A stretch of 64,000 bases of DNA from Bacillales bacterium UBA5348 (GTDB lineage Bacteria; Bacillota_I; Bacilli_A; RF39; UBA660), in the NCBI GenBank assembly GCA_002411005.1, contig DHQC01000013.1, positions 133,093-197,092 on the forward strand, in the 5' to 3' direction. Below, in pieces: positions 31,085 through 40,255 of this stretch. Numbering within the stretch: position 1 is the first letter of the stretch; every line of letters begins with the position of its first letter. The position numbers and the translations under genes were made by a program. The notes beneath the pieces are model-generated. The model saw only the letters and a program-made list of their open reading frames with translations, ran no database searches and was not told the origin of the DNA.

Positions 31085-32670
31085 GAGAATTAATATTACT
31101 ATTAAAAACACGTTTTATTAATACTTGCAATATTAATAAATTACATACTATTAAAAAGAGTAAATTGCTTTTATTTGGACTTGTAGCTATTTATATTGTT
31201 TTTTCATTATTATTTACTTTCTATATTTATGCCGAGGAAGCTGCAAAATTTTTTGATCAATATCAAATGATGTCATTTATGCTTATTATTTTCTTCTTTG
31301 TAGCATCTTTTGCAACATTCATGTTTACTATCTATAATGCTAAAAGTGCTATGTTTAATGCTGCGGATAATGATTTGCTTATTTCTATGCCTATTAAACC
31401 ATCAATTATATTAGGTTCTCGTTTGATTTATATTACTCTATGGAATCTTTTAACAGCAATATTTATAATGGTTCCCGCTTTTATGGTATATACTAATTAT
31501 GTTGATGTCTCTTTCTCATACTATATTGTAGCTTTTGTAGTATTTCTTTTCTTACCAATTATTCCAACTATTTTAGCTAGTATTATTGGTTATATAATTG
31601 CTTATTTTACTTCTAAAAGTAATGTTAAGAATTGGGTTGAAATAATAATTTCGTTTATCTTTATAGGTTTAATATATTATGGAATGGTTAAGATTGATGT
31701 AATCCTAAATTATATCGTTGTTCATATAGAAGATTTAAAAAATATCTTAAAATGGGGTTTTTACCCATTATATCTTATTAACGAAATATTTAATAATTAT
31801 AATTATTTATCATTAATTCTTTATGTATTCATAAATATTGGCTTATTTATAATATTTACTTATTTGTTAAGTACTAATTTTAAAAATATAATAGCAAGAT
31901 TGCAGGAAAACAAAACAAAGGCAAATTATGTAATGGGTCATCTAAAAACAAGATCAATTGCAATAACTCTTTATTTTAAAGAATTAAAAAGATATTTATC
32001 TTCGCCAATTTATGTATTTAATACTTCCTTTGGAGTTATCTTACTTGGCATAGCCGCTTTAGCTAGTATTTTTTACGATAAAGAGCAATTGATTAACATA
32101 TTGGGAGCTAATGGAACTAGTAGTGTTTATCCATTACTTATAACTGGATTGATCTTTATAGCATTTCTCTCTAGTACGACATCTTCTGCTATATCTATTG
32201 AAAGGAACAATTACTGGGTCTTAAAAATGTTACCAGTTTCACCTAGAGATATATTCAAAGGAAAGATATTGCTTAATTTGAGTTTAATTTTACCAGTTGC
32301 TTATATATCAATTTTAATATTTTACTTCACTTTTGGGCTAACGATAGAACAACTAATTATTGCAATTATTATTGTAACAATTTCATCTTTAGTATCTACT
32401 AAATTTGGGCTTTTAGTTAATTTGAATTTTCCTAAATTAGATGCAATAAGTGATGTTGAAATTGTTAAAAGAAGTCTCAGTGTAACGATAGCTATATTAG
32501 TTCCTATGGTTATTATTTTTGGAGTGTCTGGACTTTATTCATCGATAGAAGGACTGATGAGCTTTAAAACATTTTTAATTATAATTGTTATATTAATGAC
32601 AGGGATAAATTTTATAGAATATATTTTACTTAAAACGTGGGGCACAAAAAGATTTAAAGAAATAAATTAA
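31081..32670 (+). CDS. Large polytopic membrane protein (putative ABC-2-type permease partner)
   Basis: 529 aa with at least 12 predicted TM helices. ATGA overlap with the ATPase gene. Confidence 0.55.
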   Translation: MRELILLLKTRFINTCNINKLHTIKKSKLLLFGLVAIYIVFSLLFTFYIYAEEAAKFFDQYQMMSFMLIIFFFVASFATFMFTIYNAKSAMFNAADNDLLISMPIKPSIILGSRLIYITLWNLLTAIFIMVPAFMVYTNYVDVSFSYYIVAFVVFLFLPIIPTILASIIGYIIAYFTSKSNVKNWVEIIISFIFIGLIYYGMVKIDVILNYIVVHIEDLKNILKWGFYPLYLINEIFNNYNYLSLILYVFINIGLFIIFTYLLSTNFKNIIARLQENKTKANYVMGHLKTRSIAITLYFKELKRYLSSPIYVFNTSFGVILLGIAALASIFYDKEQLINILGANGTSSVYPLLITGLIFIAFLSSTTSSAISIERNNYWVLKMLPVSPRDIFKGKILLNLSLILPVAYISILIFYFTFGLTIEQLIIAIIIVTISSLVSTKFGLLVNLNFPKLDAISDVEIVKRSLSVTIAILVPMVIIFGVSGLYSSIEGLMSFKTFLIIIVILMTGINFIEYILLKTWGTKRFKEIN

Positions 32671-32692
32671 TTAAGAAGTAGGGGATGAAGAA

Positions 32693-33928
32693 ATGAAAAG
32701 AGCAATTGTCTTGTCAGGTGGGGGAGCAAGAGGTTCGTATCAAATAGGTGTTTGGAAAGCTTTACGAAAATTACGCATTAAATACGATATAGTTACTGGA
32801 ACTTCAGTTGGTTCTTTAAATGGAGCTTTGATGACTCAAAAAACGTATTTTAAAGGTGTTTGGTTCTGGAAGAATATTAGTTATAAACAAGTATTTAAAG
32901 ATGAAATTATAATTTCCAAGGGCAAGAAAGACAATTTTAAAAAATATGCAAAAGCTATAATAGTAGAAAATGGAATGGATGTTTCTAATTTAGAGGATAC
33001 TGTTGAAAAGGCTTTGAATGAAAAGAAATTACGTAAATCTAATATAGATTTTGGTTTAGTTACTTTTAATTTAACTAGTTTAAAACCAATCAGACTAACC
33101 AAGAAGGAAATTCCAGTGGGAAAAATGAAAGATTATTTGATTGCTTCAGCTACATGTTATCCAGCTTTTAAGAAAAAAAGCATTGATAATGAAGAATTTA
33201 TTGATGGTGGTTATTCTGATAATTTACCAATTAATCTTGCTATCAAAATGGGGGCAGAAGAAATAATTGCAGTAGATTTGAGAACTATTGGGCTTAAACG
33301 CCGTGCAAGAAATAAGAAAGTAAAAGTAACTTACATAACACCACGAAATAGTTTAGGATCATTACTTTCATTTGATAAAATTTCAGCAAGAAGAGGAATA
33401 AGACTTGGCTATAATGATACAATGAAAATTTCCGATAAATTAGATGGCAATAAATATACCTTTAAAAAAGAACATCTAAAACGTAATTTTCAGCAATATA
33501 AAGATGTATATAAAGAAATGTTAGATAGTGTTTTAAAAGGTAATGGTAAAAATGTAATTGAAAAACTATTGAAAATTACAACCTCTTCTAATGAAATTAG
33601 TGAGAAGAGGTTTAACAAAATTGTTGAATATTTAGGAAAAGTATTTAAATTAGATGATTCTAATATATATAATATTAATTCATTTAATAAAAAACTTATT
33701 TGTGAATTGGATGAAATGCTTTTGGTTGATAAAAAGTTAGTTGAGCAAAAAATTAAGGGCAACGATATAAAGAAATTAATTAATAATAAATTTGTTATTA
33801 AATATATTTACGATAAATTAATAGCTTATGATAACAAAAAAATAGCGAGGGAATTAGCCGGAATCGCTTTATTATTACCACGTGAATTTTTAGGAGCTTC
33901 ATATTTATATGTTGTAAAAAACAACTAA
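32693..33928 (+). CDS. Patatin-like phospholipase
   Basis: Oxyanion motif GGGARG and catalytic GTSVGS (GxSxG), with the Asp of the DGG dyad (FIDGGYSDN). Confidence 0.8.
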   Translation: MKRAIVLSGGGARGSYQIGVWKALRKLRIKYDIVTGTSVGSLNGALMTQKTYFKGVWFWKNISYKQVFKDEIIISKGKKDNFKKYAKAIIVENGMDVSNLEDTVEKALNEKKLRKSNIDFGLVTFNLTSLKPIRLTKKEIPVGKMKDYLIASATCYPAFKKKSIDNEEFIDGGYSDNLPINLAIKMGAEEIIAVDLRTIGLKRRARNKKVKVTYITPRNSLGSLLSFDKISARRGIRLGYNDTMKISDKLDGNKYTFKKEHLKRNFQQYKDVYKEMLDSVLKGNGKNVIEKLLKITTSSNEISEKRFNKIVEYLGKVFKLDDSNIYNINSFNKKLICELDEMLLVDKKLVEQKIKGNDIKKLINNKFVIKYIYDKLIAYDNKKIARELAGIALLLPREFLGASYLYVVKNN

Positions 33929-33960
33929 TAAAAGCAGGATAATATTCCTGCTTTTTGTAC
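33928..33960. terminator. Bidirectional terminator
   Basis: Hairpin AAGCAGGAtaatatTCCTGCTT followed by TTTT. Confidence 0.6.
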
Positions 33961-33971
33961 GCCATAAATCA

Positions 33972-34139
33972 TTACTGATAATTTCTGTTAGCTATTTCAA
34001 TGGCTTTAGTGACCATGTTGCCACAGTTACGCGAGGAGACTGCTCCCCAACCTTCATTTTGAACAATATTTGAAACACCTAATTCGTTAGCAATTTCATA
34101 TTTTAAATTTTCATTCATTATACCTTTATTCTTTTTCAT
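33972..34139 (-). CDS. Small acid-soluble spore protein, alpha/beta type
   Basis: Not in the ORF track (55 aa). Sequence MKKNKGIMNENLKYEIANELGVSNIVQNEGWGAVSSRNCGNMVTKAIEIANRNYQ contains both SASP signatures (K-x-E-I-A-x-E-x-G-V and the GxMVxKxIE block). GGGAGG RBS 9 nt upstream. Confidence 0.75.
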   Translation of the reverse strand: MKKNKGIMNENLKYEIANELGVSNIVQNEGWGAVSSRNCGNMVTKAIEIANRNYQ

Positions 34140-34176
34140 AAAATGAAACCTCCCAAAATGTTTAGGCGTACATTAT

Positions 34177-34205
34177 TATTTTGTCTAAATTTCTGCATAC
34201 TATAC
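34177..34205 (-). promoter_or_regulatory. Possible forespore (sigma-G/F-type) promoter for the SASP gene
   Basis: Minus strand reads GTATA, 17 nt, then CAAAATA about 40 nt upstream of the start. This resembles GnATR-N17/18-CATnnTA; by-eye only. Confidence 0.25.
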
Positions 34206-34314
34206 AAATTAGAAATTAAAATTTACAAATTTTAAGTAAACAAAAGGTTATTGTTATTACCTCTTTTTGTTGAAATTAATACAATATATTATATCAATGG
34301 AAAGGAGGGGTTAT

Positions 34315-34410
34315 ATGGGTGGTTCAAGTGGAGGATATTCAAAAGGAGGTTTTGATGTTGCTTTTGTATTAGTTTTGTTTATCCTGTTAGCTATTGTAAT
34401 AGCTTTTTAA
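34315..34410 (+). CDS. YjcZ-like tiny transmembrane protein (sporulation-associated family)
   Basis: 31 aa MGGSSGGYSKGGFDVAFVLVLFILLAIVIAF: a Gly-rich N-terminus plus the VLVLFILL core typical of the Bacillus YjcZ tiny TM family. GGAAAGGAGGGG RBS. Terminator immediately downstream. Confidence 0.55.
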   Translation: MGGSSGGYSKGGFDVAFVLVLFILLAIVIAF

Positions 34411-34411
34411 A

Positions 34412-34445
34412 ACAATGAGAGCCTTAGCTCTCATTTTATTTATTA
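34412..34445 (+). terminator. Rho-independent terminator
   Basis: Hairpin AATGAGAGCcttaGCTCTCATT followed by TTATTTATT. Confidence 0.55.
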
Positions 34446-34550
34446 ATGTAATGTGTTAACTTGGCATTCGAAACATATTTGATATATATAAATTGTAGGA
34501 AAATCGTGTATAATATGTGTGTAAGTATAATAAAATAAGGAGAAGTATAT

Positions 34551-35117
34551 ATGTCTAAAGATATGGAAAAAGTGTTGCGGAAAATAAATAAATTAATAAT
34601 TATATTATCAATTTTAATATGTAGTTTGTATGCCGTTATGTATTATGTTCATCATGATTATCTTATGGTTACAGCAAGCATTATAGCTATAGGGCTTCCT
34701 TTTTTAATATATTTGGTGGATGCTAAAGTGAAAAAAACATCATTGCCAATAAAGACCTTTTATTTATTATTTATTTATGCAAGCGCTGTAATAGGTGGTG
34801 TAGGTGAATTTTATAGTTTGTTTAATCCATATGATAAAATAGTTCATTTTATTTCCGGTGTTTTGATTACTTGGGTTTTTCTTGTTTTGGTTCAGCCTTA
34901 TGTAAAAAAATATACAACAAATTTAATACTCTTTACTGTTATTTGTTTTAATAGTATGATAGCTCTCCTTTGGGAAGTGGGAGAATTTACTTTTGATTTA
35001 ATTTTTAAAACTAGTGTTCAAAGAGGTTTATACGATACAATGACTGACATGATTGTAGCAGTAGTTGGAGGTTTAATCATTGCTTTGATCTATGCATTAA
35101 AAAAACACCAATTATAA
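34551..35117 (+). CDS. Polytopic membrane protein (DUF2238/YjdF-like, tentative)
   Basis: 188 aa, about 5 TM helices. An extended -10 (TGTATAAT) lies upstream. Confidence 0.45.
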   Translation: MSKDMEKVLRKINKLIIILSILICSLYAVMYYVHHDYLMVTASIIAIGLPFLIYLVDAKVKKTSLPIKTFYLLFIYASAVIGGVGEFYSLFNPYDKIVHFISGVLITWVFLVLVQPYVKKYTTNLILFTVICFNSMIALLWEVGEFTFDLIFKTSVQRGLYDTMTDMIVAVVGGLIIALIYALKKHQL

Positions 35118-35201
35118 ACGTAAGTCTATAAAAAAATAGACTTTTTTATTATTTGTTGTAATATATTTTTCATATAATGTTATATATGAGGAAGTGTATT
35201 A

Positions 35202-35948
35202 ATGGATTATTTATCATATTATCGCCAAACTGCACCTGGTATGAGTGCTTATATTATATCGGATACTAAAACATCTGATGTTAATGGAGATGGTATAAAA
35301 GATATTATATATTTAGAAGGTACAAAACCACTAGGACCTGATAGTCTTGTAGTTGATAATATTAGGGTGGTAATTCAAGATGGAAAAACAGGGAAAGGTT
35401 ATGATATTCCTTTAAAGGTTGATAAAGGATATACACCGAAACTGTTTTTAGGAAGTTTTACAAATGACAGAATCAATGAAATTTTAATTTCTATTGAGTC
35501 TGGTAACACAGGTGAGGAAGGATATTATTATATTTATTCATTTGTTAATAATAATCCTTTAAAATTATTTGATTTCGAACAATTTAATAGTAAATATAAA
35601 TATGATGTAACATATAAAGATAATTATATAATCGAAGTAAAAAGTAATGTTTTTGATAAAACCTTTTTCATAGATGTAAAAAATAAAAATCAAAGTTATT
35701 TAAATCAATTATATGATCAAGATGGTACATTGAAAAGTCAATTTAAAGGTTATGTTTCTCCTTTAGTAAATCTTCATCCAGTATCTAGTGAATCAGAATA
35801 TGGTTATGATTTATATGCAACCCAAAGAGTAGTTGGATATTATAATGCTGATACTCTAGGAATGATTATCACACCACTAAGATGGGATGGAAAGGAATTT
35901 GCAGTAGTTAATAACAATCCATATTTGATATTATTTGGTACTGAATAA
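35202..35948 (+). CDS. Hypothetical protein
   Basis: 248 aa, beta-rich. GAGGAAG RBS. Confidence 0.45.
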   Translation: MDYLSYYRQTAPGMSAYIISDTKTSDVNGDGIKDIIYLEGTKPLGPDSLVVDNIRVVIQDGKTGKGYDIPLKVDKGYTPKLFLGSFTNDRINEILISIESGNTGEEGYYYIYSFVNNNPLKLFDFEQFNSKYKYDVTYKDNYIIEVKSNVFDKTFFIDVKNKNQSYLNQLYDQDGTLKSQFKGYVSPLVNLHPVSSESEYGYDLYATQRVVGYYNADTLGMIITPLRWDGKEFAVVNNNPYLILFGTE

Positions 35949-35967
35949 TGTATATCCAACAAAAAAG

Positions 35968-35995
35968 GCCTTATAAATTAAGGCTTTTTATTTTG
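35968..35995. terminator. Terminator (convergent genes)
   Basis: Hairpin GCCTTAtaaatTAAGGC followed by TTTTTATTTT. Confidence 0.5.
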
Positions 35996-36835
35996 ATGAT
36001 ATAAAACGGTTTGAATCCATTCTGAATAAGTTATTATGTTTAAATCATTCCTTTTTTTATTGATATAGTCAATTATTTCATAATAATCTTTTTCCTTATA
36101 TATCATTAAAGTATCGTCTATTTCCTCTTCAATTTTATGGAATAGTAAAATTAATGTTAAATTATTCTCGATAGCAAAATCTATCCATGATTTTACCCAT
36201 TTTGTTTTTGTAGTAGTAAGAACATTTTTGACTTTTATGGAATAAAGATCTTTTGGATATTTAAAGTTATAACCATCCTCTACTGATCTGCCACTAATAT
36301 AATTTAATTTTTTCATGACCGAGATGGTATCACTATTATATTTTCCTTCGGGATATACTAACACATTATTTTGATTATTAAAATTATTATCTTTTAACCA
36401 AACACCACCTTGTTTTATTTCAAATTTCTGTTGTGAAATATCTGCATTAATTAAAATATTGTGATACAGTGTATGATTTAATAAATCCCAGTTTTTATCA
36501 TGTAACATGTTTAATTCGCCTATATTTAAGTACAATTGTTGATTAATAGCATTAGGAATAATTGCTATAGAACCTCTCATATCTTTCTTATTCATGTACT
36601 TAAAACCTTTAGTATATTGAGTTTTCCAGCCATCATCAAACATAATAATTATATTAGCTTTATTTTGATAAATAAATATTTCCTTTTCTTTATTTTCCTT
36701 AAATATTAGTTTTGTCTTAATTTTAAGATAATCAAAGCTATTGTTTATATTATAGAAAATATTAGGGAAAATATTTATAAGGAGCATAAGGGTAAAAATC
36801 AAACTTGTATAAAATATTAACATATTTTTTTTCAA
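35978..36835 (-). CDS. Polysaccharide deacetylase (CE4, IcaB/PgaB-like) with N-terminal TM anchor
   Basis: NodB-homology motifs MFDDGW and a His-rich region. The start is either the TTG at 36835 or the ATG at 36823. Confidence 0.7.
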   Translation of the reverse strand: MKKNMLIFYTSLIFTLMLLINIFPNIFYNINNSFDYLKIKTKLIFKENKEKEIFIYQNKANIIIMFDDGWKTQYTKGFKYMNKKDMRGSIAIIPNAINQQLYLNIGELNMLHDKNWDLLNHTLYHNILINADISQQKFEIKQGGVWLKDNNFNNQNNVLVYPEGKYNSDTISVMKKLNYISGRSVEDGYNFKYPKDLYSIKVKNVLTTTKTKWVKSWIDFAIENNLTLILLFHKIEEEIDDTLMIYKEKDYYEIIDYINKKRNDLNIITYSEWIQTVLYHQNKKP

Positions 36836-36840
36836 ATTTA

Positions 36841-38185
36841 TCAGTCCTTTTTTAAAACGTTATAATTGTGGCCACTTCTATCAACCTTATTCCATTCGTT
36901 CTTTTCGGTAAAATATGAAATAGTCCCAACTATTATAGTATATAAAATGATTATTCTATAAACAACTAAATCTAGAATTATAGTTGTAACAATCCTAATA
37001 TTATCAAGCCCTTTATATCTTACGTTGTAAAAATATGCAATAAATAGTCCGACAACATTATATGTTAAATGGACACTTATAAAGATATAAAAATATAAGG
37101 CAATATTTGATAAAGTGTTGTTCATTATATTATCAATCACAAGGATTGTAAAAACTACTATTATAAAGGAACTTAAGACACCAATAACAAGCGCATCAAC
37201 AATCATAAAAAAGGGTAGTGGTTTGGTAAGAGTGTCTTTAAATAATCTCTTTCTGAAGTTAATTAATGCTTCAATAAAGGATTTTTGCCATCTTTTTCTT
37301 TGTTTAATTAGGTCCTTAAATGTTTCTGGTCCTTCTGTATAACATATAGCCTCAGGTACATAAACTATTTTTTTATTTGTATCTTGAATATGAAATTGTA
37401 TTTTAAGAGTAAGATCCAAGTCTTCTCCGATTGTATGTGAAAACCCGCCTACATCAAGTAGTATATCTTTTCTAAAAATTCCAAAAGCTCCCGAGATAAC
37501 AAGTAACGATTCTAATTTTGCTAAAGAAGCTTTATAACAAAAACATGATTTAATATATTCAATTGCTTGTAATCTTAGTAATAGCTTTATTTTGAAGGTT
37601 GTTTTTGCCTTTTTTTGTGAAAGATTAAATGATTGTAATATTTGGATGACACCGCTAGCAGCTACGACATTTTTATCATCAAATGTTTTACTTACTAAAG
37701 ATAGAGCATCTGGTTTTAAAATACTATCAGCATCTAACGTCACAATGTATTTGTTTTTAGAATAGTTAATACCTAAATTTAAAGCATCACTTTTCCCCCC
37801 CGTTATTTTTATCTATAAGATACATATTAGGATATAACTCGGATCTGTATATACATTTCATATTATAAGAATCTAAATTGTGCCGTCTTTTTCTTTTTGT
37901 TTCTTTTAATTTTAAAATGCTTTTGAATTCCTTTAAGGTATTATCGCTCGATCCATCATTTATAAATATGCATTCAAAATTATCATATTCAATTCTTAAT
38001 AATCCTTCAATTGTATTTTTAATTATCTTTTCCTCATTATAGCAGGGAATTAGAATGGTGACAGGGCGTATTATATTTTTCTTTATATTCTTTTTTCCCC
38101 TCTTTATACTTAATAGAACATTTAAAATATGGAAAAGAGGAAAGAATATTCCGAGAAATAAAAATATTTCTAATAATAATCTCAT
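36841..38185 (-). pseudogene. Processive family-2 glycosyltransferase (IcaA/PgaC/cellulose-synthase-like), split into two ORFs by a frameshift at a G7 tract
   Basis: ORF 37787..38185 has an N-terminal TM and the PCYNEE/DGSSD motifs, ending ...KNNGGEK*. ORF 36841..37743 plus its upstream open frame reads GGKSDALNLG...TLDADS...GEDLDLT...QRKRWQKS (D,D,D,QxxRW) with 4 C-terminal TM helices. Removing one G from the coding-strand G7 run (plus-strand C7 at 37795-37801) fuses them in frame. Confidence 0.7.
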
Positions 38186-38961
38186 GGCATATTCAAATGT
38201 TTAGGTATAATTATTACGTAATCAATTACAGTTTTAACTGGAAAAATATCATTATTAGGTTGCCCAGGCCAATTACCACCAACGGCGAGATTCAAAATTA
38301 AATACATTTTTTTGTTAGGAATCCCAACTTCAGATTTATATATTAATTTGTTATTTATGTAACCTTTTATCTCTTTTTCATTCCACTCGATTTCATAAAT
38401 TGCAAAGTCATTCTCATTCTTAATATTGGTAAATTTTTTTCTTGATGATCCGTCTAAATCTTTATAATGTATTCCAGTCCATATTTCGTCTTCCCCTTTA
38501 TTACCTAAAACTTCCATCATATCAACTTCGGGAAAAAGAGAATCGTCTGCTGGCAGGAGCCAAGCGGCTGACAAAAGGCCATTTCCAACGGCAGGTCTGA
38601 TTTTAAATATAATTTTCCCGTATAGAAATTCGAATTTACCTTTGGTTGTAATCATTCCTGAAGTATAGTTATGATCTTTAAAATTTTCTTTTTTTGCAAC
38701 TAATTCTAAAAGTCCGTCAATGATACTGATATTCTTTGGATTATAATATTGTAGGTCATTATTATAGCTTTCTCCTTGTTCAACAGCATTCCAAAATCTT
38801 GTATTAAGTTTCCCATTAAAATCATCAACTAAAATATTATTATTTTCTTCTTCAATAACATTTATTTTGTAGACTTTCTGATATGGCGTTTTTGTTATTA
38901 AACAAAAAAATACGATTAGTAAAATAAAAAATGTATATTTCATGATACGTTTTTTATTCAT
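38182..38961 (-). CDS. Glycoside hydrolase family 16 (beta-glucanase/laminarinase-like) with signal/TM anchor
   Basis: Catalytic motif EVDMMEVLG (ExDxxE) and the GH16 beta-jelly-roll pattern. GAGGTGA RBS. Its stop overlaps the GT2 start (ATGA). Confidence 0.75.
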   Translation of the reverse strand: MNKKRIMKYTFFILLIVFFCLITKTPYQKVYKINVIEEENNNILVDDFNGKLNTRFWNAVEQGESYNNDLQYYNPKNISIIDGLLELVAKKENFKDHNYTSGMITTKGKFEFLYGKIIFKIRPAVGNGLLSAAWLLPADDSLFPEVDMMEVLGNKGEDEIWTGIHYKDLDGSSRKKFTNIKNENDFAIYEIEWNEKEIKGYINNKLIYKSEVGIPNKKMYLILNLAVGGNWPGQPNNDIFPVKTVIDYVIIIPKHLNMP

Positions 38962-39059
38962 TAGTTTTCACCTCATTATAATAAACGCTAATATAACTTA
39001 TGCACTTTTATTGCTTATGTTTCATTCTTTTGACTATCAAACTAATAGAGTGGAGTTAG

Positions 39060-39100
39060 ACAATCTATGCAAAATAAAAGATTTGTGAAAATCCACAAAT
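39060..39100 (-). terminator. Terminator downstream of the 39114 gene
   Basis: Hairpin GATTTGTGaaaatCCACAAATC, with TTTTATTTTG following on the minus strand. Confidence 0.45.
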
Positions 39101-39113
39101 CCTAAATACAGAT

Positions 39114-40139
39114 TTAATTTTTCTTCTTATTAGATATCTTAAGAGCTATTTCCAGTTTATCTAATAATATTTGTTCTAATACTGTTATCTTTGAGATGGT
39201 TTTATTAATTGATGCATTAATTTTTAATATATCAGATTGTTTATCAGAATTTTCTAAAGCAATTTTAATTTTCTGGGTTTCAGTATTTAAAATTTCTGCT
39301 AAAGAACTTTCAATAGATGCAATAGATTCTATAATATCAATTTCAGTTTTACGTTTTTCTTGAGATTTGCTGTGACAATTATTGCGATAACATTTTATGT
39401 CAGTTAAATAAATATAATTATATAAATCGTTTTTTGTAACAAGTAATTGGAGTAAACCATCTATATTCATTAAACTGTTTATTGTTATATCATCATCAAT
39501 ATAAATGTTTTTAATAATGTTTCCCCTACGTGAAGCTAAGGCAATAAATGAGGATCCATTTTTAGAATAGGCTATATATTTGTAATTAGAAAAACAGAGA
39601 CTAGCTGTAATTTCTACTTCTTTGATATTTGTGATGGTGGAAACACATGTATGACGACCATTTTTTGTTGTGAGATTATTTTGAACATAATCTTTTTTAT
39701 ACTCATTAGATATAGCATATATTTGTATTTCTTCTTTAATAAAATAACCCTCTTCAGTTATTGAATAAACACTATTTGTTGTGGTAATTAATATTGTTTT
39801 ATGCTCTTTGTTATAGGATAAATTTTTAATAGGATATAAATATTTATCAGGAACCATTAATTTAATAATATTGATTTCAATAAAGCTTTGATCTAAAACA
39901 TAAATATTTTTACTATCATCAACACTTGATACATAAAAAGATTCATCATGTCCATTATTAATTATTGAATTATAAGGTTTGTTAGTTTGAAAGGTTTTTT
40001 TTTCTAAAGTGATTGTGTTATAGATTGATATAGAGCAACTATAGGGTTGTACTAAATAATATATGTGATTAAGAAAAATGCTGCCTTTGTATATATTTGT
40101 TGGATCATTTAGTAAGGGAAAAGATTTGAATGTATTAAT
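39114..40139 (-). CDS. Hypothetical beta-rich protein with C-terminal helical IIESxAxxExxL...ITVLxxxL domain. The annotated ATG (39857) lacks an RBS and the frame stays open to a consensus SD 300 nt upstream, so a non-canonical ATT start is possible.
   Basis: The ORF track gives 39114..39857. The same frame is stop-free for 101 further codons up to AAAGGAGGT (minus strand, plus 40151-40158), with ATT 8 nt downstream of it (plus 40137-40139) and a TAA immediately upstream. Confidence 0.45.
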   Translation of the reverse strand: MNTFKSFPLLNDPTNIYKGSIFLNHIYYLVQPYSCSISIYNTITLEKKTFQTNKPYNSIINNGHDESFYVSSVDDSKNIYVLDQSFIEINIIKLMVPDKYLYPIKNLSYNKEHKTILITTTNSVYSITEEGYFIKEEIQIYAISNEYKKDYVQNNLTTKNGRHTCVSTITNIKEVEITASLCFSNYKYIAYSKNGSSFIALASRRGNIIKNIYIDDDITINSLMNIDGLLQLLVTKNDLYNYIYLTDIKCYRNNCHSKSQEKRKTEIDIIESIASIESSLAEILNTETQKIKIALENSDKQSDILKINASINKTISKITVLEQILLDKLEIALKISNKKKN

Positions 40140-40255
40140 GTTATATACCTCCTTTAAAATTTAATATATTATATGTTTAAAAATGTTAAAGGAACATTCC
40201 AAAAAATATATCCGCCATATAATATTTTGAAAATGAAAGAAAAGGAGGTTTTCAT

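Noticed and set aside
36824-36831. A8 run at the deacetylase start and T9 run at 39986-39995 as additional frameshift sites.
   Set aside because: The reading frames are continuous across both tracts as sequenced. They are only noted as potential slippage-prone sites.
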